64,000 nucleotides of DNA, from the NCBI GenBank assembly GCA_040753215.1, contig JBFMEZ010000025.1, forward strand, positions 5,528 through 69,527, read 5' to 3'. This document shows, piece after piece, positions 26,748 to 37,200 of the stretch. Below the pieces are notes generated by a model. The model saw only the letters and a list, made by a program, of their open reading frames with translations, made no database searches and was not told the DNA's origin. Position 1 is the stretch's first letter. Each line of letters opens with the position of its first letter. This stretch comes from Candidatus Micrarchaeota archaeon. Lineage in GTDB: Archaea > Micrarchaeota > Micrarchaeia > Anstonellales > Bilamarchaeaceae. Made by a program: the position numbers and the translations under genes.

Positions 26748-27645
26748 TACCCCGCATCTCCTTTATGGAGGAGAAACCTTCCTTCTGCATGAATTCCCCT
26801 ATTTCCGCGCAAACCTTCCTGAAGATGCCCATCCCGCGGTAGTATACGCCGCTCCCGATGCCCACCGCTGAGGCGCCGGCCATTATGAATTCTATGGCAT
26901 CCGCGCCTGTTGTTGCCCCGCCCGTTCCGATGATGGGGAGCTTCGTTTCCCTGTAAATGTCATAGACGCATCTCACCGCTATGGGCTTTATCGCCGGGCC
27001 GGAAACCCCGCCGCACTTGTTGGAGAGGACGGGGCGCCTCGCAACGATGTCTATCTGCATCCCGGGGCCTGCGGTGTTGATTGCGGTTATGCCGTCCGCG
27101 CCTGCCGATTTTGCTGCGCGGGCGACTTCAACCAGGTCAGGGGTGTTCGGGGAGAGCTTTACGAATACTGGGATTTTTGTATTCCTCTTTGCGGCGCGGG
27201 TTGCCCATTCCGCGGCAGCAGGGTCGTGGGAGAATGGCTTCCCGAACTCGTCATTCACATTCGGGCAGGATAGGTTTATTTCTATGAGGGCGGGATTCGC
27301 CCTGCTTATCTCTTTGGCGAGGGGGCCGAAATTCTCCGCCTTGAATTCTACAAGCGAGGCGATTACGGGGACGCCCGCATTCTTTACGGCGTATTCTATT
27401 TCAGGAAGGGAGTCCTTTATGCCCGCGTTGGAAAGGCCAACCGCATTGAGCATCCCCTGTCCGTAAGTAAGGATTACCGGGTTGGGATGGCCTTTTCTCG
27501 GCTCAAGGGAGATGGATTTGGAAGTGACTGCGCCCGCACCGTTCTTTGCGATTAGGGAAAGGGATGCGCCTGAGACGCCCATTATTCCTGAAGCGAGGAT
27601 TGTGGGGTTGGCCAGCTTTACCCCTGCAAGTTCGGTCTCCAGCAT
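26731..27645 (-). CDS. pyrD: dihydroorotate dehydrogenase catalytic subunit (class 1B)
   Basis: TIM-barrel DHOD signature blocks: NAVGLSNAGI, NLSCPN, and GGVSGPAIKPIAVR with the IGTGG motif. Confidence 0.9.
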   Translation of the reverse strand: MLETELAGVKLANPTILASGIMGVSGASLSLIAKNGAGAVTSKSISLEPRKGHPNPVILTYGQGMLNAVGLSNAGIKDSLPEIEYAVKNAGVPVIASLVEFKAENFGPLAKEISRANPALIEINLSCPNVNDEFGKPFSHDPAAAEWATRAAKRNTKIPVFVKLSPNTPDLVEVARAAKSAGADGITAINTAGPGMQIDIVARRPVLSNKCGGVSGPAIKPIAVRCVYDIYRETKLPIIGTGGATTGADAIEFIMAGASAVGIGSGVYYRGMGIFRKVCAEIGEFMQKEGFSSIKEMRGIAHEK

Positions 27646-27760
27646 CAGAAATAATAGGTGGGAATTGTTTATATGGATTTGGGAAGGATGAAAATATAGA
27701 AGAAAAGCAAAAAAGAAAAATTAGGACGAAACTGGAAACCCAAAACGGGAAACTGGAAAC

Positions 27761-29422
27761 TCAGTACTCGCCCTCGCCCATCCCGCCTGGGCCTCCTGGA
27801 GGCATCGGCGGGCCCTTCGCGCCGCCCTTCGCCGCGATTATGTCGTCTATGCGGAGGATGAGCCGCGCGGTCTCCGTGGCGGAGCTGAGCGCCTGCTTCT
27901 TCACGCGCAGCGGCTCGAGCACGCCGAGTTCCTCCATGTTGTCTATTTTGCCTTTGAGCACCGCAACGCCCGAGGTCGTCTCCTTGCCGCCCTTGTGCTT
28001 GTTCCTGAGGGCGACGAGGGTGTCGATCGCATCCATCCCCGCATTCTCGGAAAGGGCCTTCGGGATGGACTCCAGGGATTCCGCGAACGCCTGGATTGCG
28101 AGCTGCTCCCTTCCCCCGATTTCAACAGCGTAGGACTGAAGGGCAGCGGAAAGGGCCATCTCCGTGCTCCCGCCGCCGGTAACGTAGGAGCCGTCCTCAA
28201 TAGTCGCGCCCACCGCGCCGATTGCGTCCTTTATCGCGCGCTCCACCTCGCTCACGACGTGGTCGGTCCCTCCGCGGAGGAATACGGAGACGGACTTCGG
28301 ATGCCTGCACTGCTTTGCGAACACCATCGCCTCGCCCGCAATCTTCTTCTCCTCCACGACGCCCGCCTCGCCGAGGTCTGCCTTGGAAAGGTCCTCGAGG
28401 GAGGAGGCGATCTTCGCGCCCGTTGCGCGCGAGAGCTTCTCCATGTCGCTCTTCTTCACGCGCCGAACAGCGGCGACGCCGTCCTTCGCGAGGTAGTGCT
28501 GGGCGAGGTCGTCTATCCCCTTCTGGCAGAAGACCACGGTGGCTCCGGTCGCCTTTATCTTCGCGACCATCTCCTTCAGCATCTTCTCCTCCTGCTTCAG
28601 GAAGGCCTCCATCTGCTCGGGGGAGGTGATTTCTATCTTCGCATCGGTCTCCGTCTTCTCTATCTCCAGCGCGGTGTCGAGAAGCGCTATCCTGGCGTCC
28701 TTAACCAGCTTGGGCATGCCAGCGTGGACAATCTCCTTGTCCACGACCACGCCCTGTATGAGCTCGCTGTCCATCACTTCCCCGCCGGCCTTCTTCTCTA
28801 TCTTGACGAGGTCGCCGTCCACCACGTACTGGCCGTTCTTCTCCTCCGCGACCTGCTTTATCGCGGAAACGATGAGGGAGGAGAGCTTCTTCTTCTCCTC
28901 TTCGCTCCCTATCCCCTTGGAGCCCATCGCGATTAGCGCTATCCTGGTGAGGATTTCCTCGTCCTCAGGTGTTACCTTCCTGCCAAACTTCCTCAGCAGC
29001 TCCTCTGCCCTGCGTGCGGCGAGCTCGTACCCCTTTATTATCGTGGTGGGGTGGACGTTCTGGTCCAGGAGGTCGCCCGCCTGCTTCAGGAGGTTCCCCG
29101 CGAGCACGACCGAGGTCGTGGTGCCGTCGCCCACCTCCTTGTCCTGCGTCTTCGCAATCTCCACCATCAGCTTCGCGGCCGGGTGGTCAACGTTCATCTC
29201 CTCGAGGATGGTCGCCCCATCGTTCGTAATCACGATGTCGCCCAGCTCGCTCACGAGCATCTTGTCCATCCCCTTCGGGCCGAGCGTGGTCTTTATTATG
29301 TTCGCCACCGCGTAGCCGATTGCGATGTTCACGCGCATCGCGTCGCGGCCGAGCACACGGGTGCTGCCCTCGCGCATCACATATCCGCCTTCTCCTCCTA
29401 CTTCCCTGGCCATAGTTTTCAC
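27761..29422 (-). CDS. ths: thermosome subunit (group II chaperonin)
   Basis: GPKGMDKML, ITNDGATIL and the VGDGTTT ATP-binding motif. 553 aa with a Gly/Met-rich C-terminal tail (GGPGGMGEGEY). Confidence 0.95.
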   Translation of the reverse strand: MKTMAREVGGEGGYVMREGSTRVLGRDAMRVNIAIGYAVANIIKTTLGPKGMDKMLVSELGDIVITNDGATILEEMNVDHPAAKLMVEIAKTQDKEVGDGTTTSVVLAGNLLKQAGDLLDQNVHPTTIIKGYELAARRAEELLRKFGRKVTPEDEEILTRIALIAMGSKGIGSEEEKKKLSSLIVSAIKQVAEEKNGQYVVDGDLVKIEKKAGGEVMDSELIQGVVVDKEIVHAGMPKLVKDARIALLDTALEIEKTETDAKIEITSPEQMEAFLKQEEKMLKEMVAKIKATGATVVFCQKGIDDLAQHYLAKDGVAAVRRVKKSDMEKLSRATGAKIASSLEDLSKADLGEAGVVEEKKIAGEAMVFAKQCRHPKSVSVFLRGGTDHVVSEVERAIKDAIGAVGATIEDGSYVTGGGSTEMALSAALQSYAVEIGGREQLAIQAFAESLESIPKALSENAGMDAIDTLVALRNKHKGGKETTSGVAVLKGKIDNMEELGVLEPLRVKKQALSSATETARLILRIDDIIAAKGGAKGPPMPPGGPGGMGEGEY

Positions 29423-29490
29423 CTTTTTTCAAATCCCAAGAGCATTTACTCTGAAGAAATTGTGAGTAAAATAGATGTGAAGAAAAAAAT

Positions 29491-30225
29491 TTAAATGGGT
29501 GGGTTGGCTACCTCGAAGCCGACCTCCCTTGCGGTCTGGCCGAGAAGCCAGGGCGGCCACCTCACGTTCACTGTGGCTCCGCTCATGTCAATCACCGCGG
29601 TTACCCTGCGGGTCGCGGCGTCCTCCTCCGAGTAGACCCTCTTTGCACCGGCGTAGGCCCGGCCCGGAACATAATCCTCCGGCGGCTGGAGCGCATGGTT
29701 TGCGTTGTAGGCCTCGAACACCAGGCTGGAAAAATCGCGCTGCTGGTCCGTGAAACCCTCGCTGATGAGGTTACCTTCATCATCCCTCTGAGGGCCAAGT
29801 GTAAATGATATTGACGAACTTCCCGTACCAGTCTTAACCCGGTTTATTGCCTGCTCCATAATCGCGCCCAACGAATCCTCGGTCTCGCGCCTCATCCCCC
29901 TTGCCCATTCCACAACCCCGCCGACGTCTATGCGGAAGCTCTCCTCTTCCGGGCTTCCCGCCGCAGGGAAGGATTCCTCGGGGATTCCATAGCTTATTAC
30001 GTCCCTGTATATCCTGCCTATTATTTCGGACCTCGCTTCCGGAGTGGTGGCGGCATCAAGCTCGCGGTTGTATGCTTCCGCACGCTGCTGCGCAAGCTCC
30101 ACCGCCTCATCGAACGAAGAGCTTACCGCCCTGGAAACGGCATGGTCAGTTATCCTTACCTCGGCCGCTTCTGTGGGCGCTTCCTTTGCCTTTACCTGTC
30201 CTCTTGCCATGTTCGCACCAGCCAT
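29491..30225 (-). CDS. hypothetical protein (244 aa)
   Basis: ORF with coding-like composition and no recognisable motif. Confidence 0.4.
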   Translation of the reverse strand: MAGANMARGQVKAKEAPTEAAEVRITDHAVSRAVSSSFDEAVELAQQRAEAYNRELDAATTPEARSEIIGRIYRDVISYGIPEESFPAAGSPEEESFRIDVGGVVEWARGMRRETEDSLGAIMEQAINRVKTGTGSSSISFTLGPQRDDEGNLISEGFTDQQRDFSSLVFEAYNANHALQPPEDYVPGRAYAGAKRVYSEEDAATRRVTAVIDMSGATVNVRWPPWLLGQTAREVGFEVANPPI

Positions 30226-30249
30226 ATCTGTTTATGAGTGAATATAAAC

Positions 30250-31203
30250 CTAATCTTCCGGAAGCTGAATCAGCCCAAGGCTGCTGAAATCGCCCGGCTC
30301 GGTCTCAGATGCGAGGAAGCGCCTGCCTCCGGTTATGATTATCGTCTCCATGCCCCTCCGCACCACGGTAAGCGGCGATTCGACTCCCGGGAGCTCCCGC
30401 TCCTGCGTAAGTATTGATTCTGTTCCGAAATCTGCCTTAAGGAAAGTGACTGCGTCCTCTCCGGGCTGGAAGTGCAGTGCCATGCCGTTTGTGAGCCCGA
30501 CAAGCACCGCATTCCCGGAGGCGGGCAGCCAGGCCGTGGCGACCGGGGGGTTCATCCGGTCCGTCCTCCTTGCGCGCACATATCCGTTCCTGTTGATGAA
30601 ATATAGAATGCCTTCCGTTCCGTCCGCATCCTTTACAACTGCCGAAGAAAGAAGGTTGCCGTTCCGGCAATCTTCAGGAAGCTGGAATTCCACCGAAGTG
30701 CTCGTCCTGAATCCACCATCCATCTTCAGAAGAAACTCCCCGCGGAATGTGGCATCATAGCCTATTGTTATTATTACGGAATTTTCAAACACGAGCACGG
30801 TCCTTTCTGCGCCGGGGAACTCCTGCAGCAGGGAGCCCATCCCGTCGTGTAGCGGGACTATCGGCCCTGCGGAGCGGCCCGAGCGGTCTTCGTAATCGAT
30901 AACGAGCAGCCTCTGGCCGTCTTCGTTTCTCGTGTATCTTATGGAAGTATCCACCGGGCCCTGCGACGGGCCAAGGCTTATTCCGGTTACGGGCGCCTCC
31001 GGCTTGTCCGTATCCGCGGTACGTGGCGGCTTGGATGGGGCGCTTACGCCGCGCGCCTCTGAAATGCCGGGACGTGCCAGCTCAAGCGCCGCAAGGGCGG
31101 CCGCAGCTGCGAACCTCCCCTGTTTCCTGAACGGCTTCCTCGGAGGGACGTATTTCGGGTCTTTTGCCTTCTCGGGTTTGCGCTCTTCGGGCCGCCTTTT
31201 CAT
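30250..31203 (-). CDS. hypothetical protein (317 aa), basic N-terminus with a hydrophobic anchor, possibly secreted
   Basis: MKRRPEERKPEKAK...AAAALAALELA hydrophobic stretch. No family recognised. Confidence 0.4.
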   Translation of the reverse strand: MKRRPEERKPEKAKDPKYVPPRKPFRKQGRFAAAAALAALELARPGISEARGVSAPSKPPRTADTDKPEAPVTGISLGPSQGPVDTSIRYTRNEDGQRLLVIDYEDRSGRSAGPIVPLHDGMGSLLQEFPGAERTVLVFENSVIITIGYDATFRGEFLLKMDGGFRTSTSVEFQLPEDCRNGNLLSSAVVKDADGTEGILYFINRNGYVRARRTDRMNPPVATAWLPASGNAVLVGLTNGMALHFQPGEDAVTFLKADFGTESILTQERELPGVESPLTVVRRGMETIIITGGRRFLASETEPGDFSSLGLIQLPED

Positions 31204-31234
31204 AGAGTTATACGCATTAAAACAGTTTAAATAA

Positions 31235-31741
31235 CTATTCTTCAGGATTCAGCTTCAGCGCCTCCCCCATCACGTGGCCGAAGTAGCCGAGGAAGAAGCC
31301 GCAGAGGGAGAGGAAGGAGGCGGCTGGCGGAAGGCGGAGGTAAAGGAGGAGCGCGGAATAAGCGAGCGTGAAGAGCGCCATCGGGATGAGGCCGTGGAGA
31401 GGGGGCTTGAGCGGGCTCATCAGGTCGAAAACGAGGAACAGGGCTGTGAGAAGGAGGAGGGCGTATAGGACGAGGTTCTCGCAGAACGGGATGATGAGGT
31501 ACAGGCATATCACGTAGCCCCCGGACCAGGCGAGATAGATTAGGAAGGCGGCGGAGAGGAGCACGAGGACCCTCAGGTGGCCCCGGTAACCCTTCAGGAG
31601 AGAATCGAGGTCCGGGAGGGCTGAGCCGAGGAGTATCCCGACTCCGGCGAGGGCTATCGAATAAGAATCATATTTCAGGAAATAAAGGGCGGTGGCGAAG
31701 AGCAGGAAGAGCCCGATTGCAAAGACCTGCCTGGGGCGCAT
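31235..31741 (-). CDS. polytopic membrane protein (168 aa), hypothetical
   Basis: Entirely hydrophobic. Abuts the glnA stop. Confidence 0.45.
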   Translation of the reverse strand: MRPRQVFAIGLFLLFATALYFLKYDSYSIALAGVGILLGSALPDLDSLLKGYRGHLRVLVLLSAAFLIYLAWSGGYVICLYLIIPFCENLVLYALLLLTALFLVFDLMSPLKPPLHGLIPMALFTLAYSALLLYLRLPPAASFLSLCGFFLGYFGHVMGEALKLNPEE

Positions 31742-31743
31742 AT

Positions 31744-33132
31744 TTACACATTATAGTAGGCCTCGAACTCGTAGGCGGAGGTGCGGAGGTTGTGCTCCTT
31801 CTGCTCGTTCATCTTCTGCTCAAGGTAGTCCTCCAGAAGCTCCGGGGAGAGCACGCCCTTTAGGAAGGCGTTGTCGGTCTCGAATTCGCTCACCGCCTCC
31901 AGCAGGCTGGACGGGAGATAGCCCACTCCCGCGTCCTTCCTCTCCTTCGCGCCCATGGAGGAGATGTCCTTGTCCACAGGGTCTCCGGGGTCCTTCTTTT
32001 TCTTTATGCCGTCAAGGCCCGCGGCTACTACAACGGAGTAGGCAAGGTAGGGATTGACGGACGGGTCCGCGCCCATGAATGCGACGCACTTGCCGAGCTT
32101 GTCGTTCTTCCTCTCGAACGGGATGCGGACCAGCGCCCCGTTGCTCCTCTTGCCCCATGCGATGTAGAGCGGGTCGCCGAGCAGCTTCTTGTAAGAGTTG
32201 GTCGTTGGCGCGGTGAAAAGCGAGAGGGCGGATGCGTGCTCGAGGATTCCGCCTGCGAAATAGCGGCCGTTCTGGCTGAGCTGCGCGTACGTGTCCGCGG
32301 GGTCGTAGAAGACGTTCTCGTCGCCCTTCCAGAAGGACTGCGAGACCCTGAGGGAGCTGCCCCTCTCGGTGTGTATCGGCAGGGGCATGAATGTGGATGT
32401 GCTGTTCGCTATGAAGGCGAGGTTGCGGACCACGTATTTTGCGGTGACCATCGCATCTGCGGCGGTGCGCAGCGGGTTCGGCTTGAGCGCCAGGGACTGC
32501 TGGGAGCTGGGAGCCCTGCCGTGCACGTGGCCCTGCACGAAGAAGCGGAAGTTGTCCTCAAGCACCTCGGACACCTGCGTGCGCGCGGAGTAGAGGGAAT
32601 CGAACGGCTGGCCTATGAACGCGCCGTTCTTCGCGTTCCAGAGCGGGGAGGGGTTCCACGGCGCCTCCCTGGAATCTATAAGGTAGTTGGGGCCCCTGCC
32701 GGGGGTCATCTTGTCCACGCTCACCGCGTCGAATACGTAGAATTCCATCTCTGTGGCTGCGGATACGTCGGTCAGCCCCATCGCCCTCGCATTCACCATA
32801 ACGCGCTCGGCGACGTAGCGGGGGTCCTTGAGGAAGCGCTCCATCTTCGGGGCGACTGCGACGTCGCAGAGGAAGCGGACTGTGTTCGCCTCCCACGGCA
32901 CCCTGCCGAAGGTGTCCGGGTCTGGCCTCAGGACGAGCTCGCCGTCCTCGCTGAAGCCGAAGAGCTCCTGCAGGTTGCCGCACTGCACGCCGGCTGCGAA
33001 GGAATCCACGCTGAAATCCCTCGCGTGCACGGTCGCGCGGTTCAGCCTTCCGGTCGTGTCCACGAACTGGAGGTCTATCCACTTTGTGTTGTTCACGCTT
33101 ATGAATTCCAGTGCCTCTTCAGGAGTCGGCAT
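31744..33132 (-). CDS. glnA: glutamine synthetase (type I-alpha-like)
   Basis: Beta-grasp N-domain plus the catalytic domain, with NPLRTAADAMV, GALVRIPFERKN and NPYLAYSVVVAAGLDG blocks. The start at MPTPEEALEF is preferred over the longer ORF-track start. Confidence 0.85.
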   Translation of the reverse strand: MPTPEEALEFISVNNTKWIDLQFVDTTGRLNRATVHARDFSVDSFAAGVQCGNLQELFGFSEDGELVLRPDPDTFGRVPWEANTVRFLCDVAVAPKMERFLKDPRYVAERVMVNARAMGLTDVSAATEMEFYVFDAVSVDKMTPGRGPNYLIDSREAPWNPSPLWNAKNGAFIGQPFDSLYSARTQVSEVLEDNFRFFVQGHVHGRAPSSQQSLALKPNPLRTAADAMVTAKYVVRNLAFIANSTSTFMPLPIHTERGSSLRVSQSFWKGDENVFYDPADTYAQLSQNGRYFAGGILEHASALSLFTAPTTNSYKKLLGDPLYIAWGKRSNGALVRIPFERKNDKLGKCVAFMGADPSVNPYLAYSVVVAAGLDGIKKKKDPGDPVDKDISSMGAKERKDAGVGYLPSSLLEAVSEFETDNAFLKGVLSPELLEDYLEQKMNEQKEHNLRTSAYEFEAYYNV

Positions 33133-33218
33133 ACATACACCCGCGGAGATACCGAAGAATACATAAATAAAGATTTCTATGGCAAATAGCCTAAGCGTAT
33201 AGCCCTTCAATCATAAAT

Positions 33219-33274
33219 GGGGGGTTATGATTACGCTAAAGAGAAGGGGGAACTCCCCCTTCTTCTTGCTGCCA
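33219..33274 (+). repeat. conserved ~58-nt element, copy 2, ending in GCCA, which forms the first four nt of the downstream tRNA
   Basis: GGGGGGTTATGATTACGCTAAAGAGAAGGGGGAACTCCCCCTTCTTCTTGCTGCCA. CTAAAGAGAA lies at -35 to -26 relative to the tRNA 5' end, like a TATA box. The hairpin is AAGGGGG-AAC-TCCCCCTT. Confidence 0.6.
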
Positions 33275-33414
33275 CGGTAGCTCAGCTGGGAGAGCACTCG
33301 AGGTCTTCTGAGATTAATTTCATTTGACCGGTGAAGCTGAAGTTCCGTTCCCGCAATGGGGCGGATATTCTCCCGGAAACCGAGGGGTCGCTGGTTCAAA
33401 TCCGGCCCGTGGCA
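33271..33414 (+). tRNA. intron-containing tRNA (144 nt precursor, intron about 70 nt); isotype not resolved
   Basis: 5' GCCACGG-TA-GCTCAGCTGGGAGAGC (acceptor and D arm) and 3' ...CCGAG-GGGTC-GCTGGTTCAAATCCGGC-CCGTGGC-A (anticodon 3' strand, variable loop, T arm, acceptor) are canonical. About 70 nt in between cannot be folded into an anticodon loop without a non-canonical splice. Confidence 0.7.
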
Positions 33415-33418
33415 ATTT

Positions 33419-34099
33419 TCATTTTATATAGATTCCTTTTTCTCTCGGGAAATCCACCCTGCGCACAAGGTTCAGCCCTGGCCTGCGCTCCGAATCGTAG
33501 TGCGCATATGCGAGGAGGGCGGCGGCGAGGAATTCCTTCGTGTAGCCGCCGTATGCCATTTTCTTGACCAGCCCTGCGAAGTCGAGGGAGAACGACTTCC
33601 CGCGGAATTCGAATGAGATTTCGCCCTTTTCGTAATCTATGCCGGCGTTGGACGCGCCCAGCTCCTCCAGGCATCTTTCGGCATAGCTGCTCATGTAGGG
33701 GAAGCTGAGGAGGATGTATGTCCCGAACAGCCCCTTCCTGACCGGGCCGGCGAAGGATTTTGGCAGCCATTTCCAGGGCGGCTCCTCCGCCTCTTCCTCG
33801 TTTTTCATTATGTCCCCGAAATGGAGTATCGTAGCAGGGCCGGATATCTTCCTCCCGGAGAACCTGACCATCTCCTCGAGCGGCTTCTTCCAGCCCTTTT
33901 CGCCTTTCTTTACCGGAGGCATCACGCCGATGTAATATGCGCCCTGCTCTATCTCGGCGAAAACCGGGGCCCTCTTCTTCAGGGAGAAATTTATTATGTC
34001 GATCCACGCGCCGCGGGCGGCCGAGGGGCCGGCGGCCGCATAGTTGCGCGAAAGCGCGCCGCGGGTTATCGATTCAGAAACGAAATACCCACTGTCCAT
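33419..34099 (-). CDS. hypothetical protein (227 aa)
   Basis: Start MDSGYFVSE; the upstream extension of the tracked ORF overlaps the tRNA. No family recognised. Confidence 0.4.
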   Translation of the reverse strand: MDSGYFVSESITRGALSRNYAAAGPSAARGAWIDIINFSLKKRAPVFAEIEQGAYYIGVMPPVKKGEKGWKKPLEEMVRFSGRKISGPATILHFGDIMKNEEEAEEPPWKWLPKSFAGPVRKGLFGTYILLSFPYMSSYAERCLEELGASNAGIDYEKGEISFEFRGKSFSLDFAGLVKKMAYGGYTKEFLAAALLAYAHYDSERRPGLNLVRRVDFPREKGIYIK

Positions 34100-34223
34100 G
34101 CTGGTATTTGGAGGGCAAAGCTTAAATATGAAAAGAGCCGCAATACAATAAATGATGAAATGTACAACCTCTGAGCCGTGCTTGCACGGCGTTGATGACA
34201 CCAACAGCGTCTGAATCGTAATT

Positions 34224-37200
34224 CTAGTGATGGAGCTTCCTTGCGCCCCTCGGGACGGGCGGAGGGCCCTGCACAAGCCCCCTGAATCTCTTAGGGAGCG
34301 GCAGGCCGGGACTCGGCGCCGGCCTCGGCGCATTCATGGAAGCGGCAATCCGCCCCCTAAGTTCGGGCCCGAAGTATCCTGCGTAGTATGCGGGCAGCTC
34401 CCTCCTGTCCCTCGCCATCATGCGCTCGTCTGCCAGCCTCTTGTCCACCGCATCCCTCATGAGCTCGCCTATTTCCGCAGCCGTGAACATGCCGGATGCT
34501 ATGAGCTGCGACGCCGCAGACGCCTCGCCGCGGTACACCACTGCCTTTACCGCCGCCCATTTTAGCAGCAGCTTCTGCCATTCTGCGGGCGGGCTGCCGG
34601 AGAACGCCGCGGACATCGGCACACCGACGTCCTTTCCGCACTGCACCGCGCATAGAAGCGCGGAGAATGGCGAATCCAGCTCTGCCGCGAAATTCAGCGC
34701 CTCGTATTTCTCCTCAAGGTCGCCCTGCCCCCCCCGGAGGGCCATTGGCTCGAGCAGCTTTTCGCCTATTGCCGGGCTGCCTGCTGCCACCCCGAGCACT
34801 TCGGAAATGACCTCGGGGAGCATCCTGGAATCGCCAATTATGGCTGCGAAATGCTCTGCCGCCGGCCCGCCTGCGGCCGCCATGAGCTGCGCCGCGGTTT
34901 TTCTTGAGGCGATTTCAAGGTCGAGCGGGAGAAGGTCCTGCGGATGAACCCTCAGGCGCACCATGCGCTCCAGCTCGTCAAGGGGCACGTACGGGCCAGC
35001 CGCCTTCAGCGCGTCTTCCGCGCACGTGCTGACCATCCCGTTCCTGTGCCTGAGCAGCCCTGCGAGGAGCCTCGTGTTCTCCCGGAACTCCGGGAGCACG
35101 CTGAGCTCCTTCGGCGTTTCCCTTCCGCTCTGCAGCACCCTGGTAAACAGCTCCGCGGCCTGCACCGCCTTGTTCTCGTCCCCGGAGCGCAGCATCGCGC
35201 CTATCTGCTCCTGTGCGCCCCTTCCCATCAGCCTCAGGACGTTGTACACCCTTGCGGCCAGCTTTTCCCCGCCTTCCGTGCTGAGGACGGCGGCGACGCT
35301 GTCGAGGAGGTTTATGTTCCTCATCTCGGAAAGGACCATCGCGACAACGCCCTCGGAAAGCTCCTTCATGCCTATCGCATTCAGCAGGCATTCCCTGGCC
35401 TTCTTTTCTGTCGCCTCGCTCTGCCTGTGGCCTTTCTTCTTTCTGGCGTAGCCGGCGAGCTCGCCTATGGTCACGAGCGCGTTCCTGCGGTATTCCGGCG
35501 GGTAGCGCGAAAAATCGACGGAAAGGACGATGTCCGAAAGCTGGCCAACCGCGAGGTCGCCGTTCCTCACCAGGATTGTGCGTGCCTCCCTGAGGCGGTC
35601 CGCATTGTCAGCGGCCTCCACATCCCCGAAGAGGTGCGCCTTCACGCACGCCTTTATCAGGTCCGCGCCGCAGTCCTTCTGCTCGCGGAAAATCTTGAAA
35701 GCCACGAGCCCGAGGTCTGAAAGCTCGCCCCTGTCGAAGGCTGCGCGCATCAGGCAGGGGCGGACCTCCCCCTTTCCGTAGGCAGCCGAGAGGGCTTCCT
35801 CCACCCTGCGGCCGGTCCTCACGGCCTCGTCCCCGAGGCTCTTCCCGGAAACGAGCCCGGAGAGGAGCCTGTATGAAGCGTCGGAATTTATGCGTGCGAG
35901 CAATACCGCGATTGCCGCGGCTTCCTTCGGGGCGATTCCCTCCTTCTCCCTGTCAGCCAGGAACCGCCCGGCATGCTTCGTTGCCCCTTCCGCGAAAACC
36001 GGCAGGGATGCGAAATCCTGCATAGCGGCAACATCTGCGGCATCCATGTCCTTTATGAGGGGAAGCATGTGGCCTGCGAGGGCGGCGCACCTGCCGCTCT
36101 CCAGCAGCCCGCCGAAGGCCGATGCGAGGCCGGAAAGCGCGAGCGCCTCCTTCGGGGTGAGTGCCCCTTCCCGGGATTTCCTTTCCGCGTATTCGAGGAG
36201 GATTGCTTCCCCGTGGGCCGCGTCCAGCTTGATTGCGAGGTCCTGCAGCTTCTCGAGCTGGGCAGGGTTCATTCTAACTGCCTCCGGGAGCGCATGCTTC
36301 AGGAACTCCACGCCCTCCTTTGCGCCTATGTCTTCAACGACTATGGAAAGGAGGTGGGCACCGTCTGCGCCGAGGCCCTCTGCGGCGGCTTCCGCATACC
36401 TCAGTATTACGGGGACCGCGCCCTTTCCTATCTTCCTGGCGAAGCGCGCGGCTGCGACAAGCTGCTCGTCGTCCATTCCCTTCAGTACCGGCAGGGAGCT
36501 GGCGAGGATGCGGTTTGCGTCATCATCCGCAAAGCCGGCTTCCATCGCAAGGGAAATCATGAAGCGGCATTCTTCCGCGGTCAGCGTGCCTTTTGAGGAT
36601 TCCGCCTCCGCGTAAGAGGCGAGGTGCGCGACAGGATTGCTGCCCTTTTCCGCCATCTCCATCACCAGCTGGCTGATGAGCGGGTCGTGCACGCGGCCGA
36701 GCGTCCTGCTTTCGGAAAGCGCGACTGCGAGCATTCCTGCGGGTTCCATTGCGGCGAGGAGGGATGCCACGCTTTCCCTGAGCTCCGGCTGCTGCTGGTA
36801 GGCGTTGAGGAGCAGCGGGACCGAGGTTCCTGCGGCCTGCCCGCCAACGAGCGCCGCGGCGCTCTTCCTTGCCGCGAAGGGGGCGTTGTAATCGCCCAGG
36901 ACTGCGCACACGCGGCCGAAATCGGCTTCGGCCTCCATGATTTCCATCGCCCTGGAGTTCCCGGAAGCCGCCTCCAGCAGCCTTGAATATGCGTAGTGCA
37001 CGTCGGCATCATCGCCCTTGGCCGAGAGGAACAGCTCGGCGGCCCTTTCAACCGCAACCTCAGGGCTGCCGGGGTCCAGAAGCGTATCCTCAAGGTGGCG
37101 CAGGGCATCGAAGCTGCCCTCGTGCAGCGCCTGCATTATGGTGTGGGAGGCCTCGGTGTCGCCCTCCGCAATCGCGGAGGCGAGGAGCGGGTATGCGTCC

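Noticed and set aside
33331-33616. Small ORFs (78-86 aa) overlapping the intron-containing tRNA
   Set aside because: They coincide with a structural RNA gene and its flank and have no coding signal.
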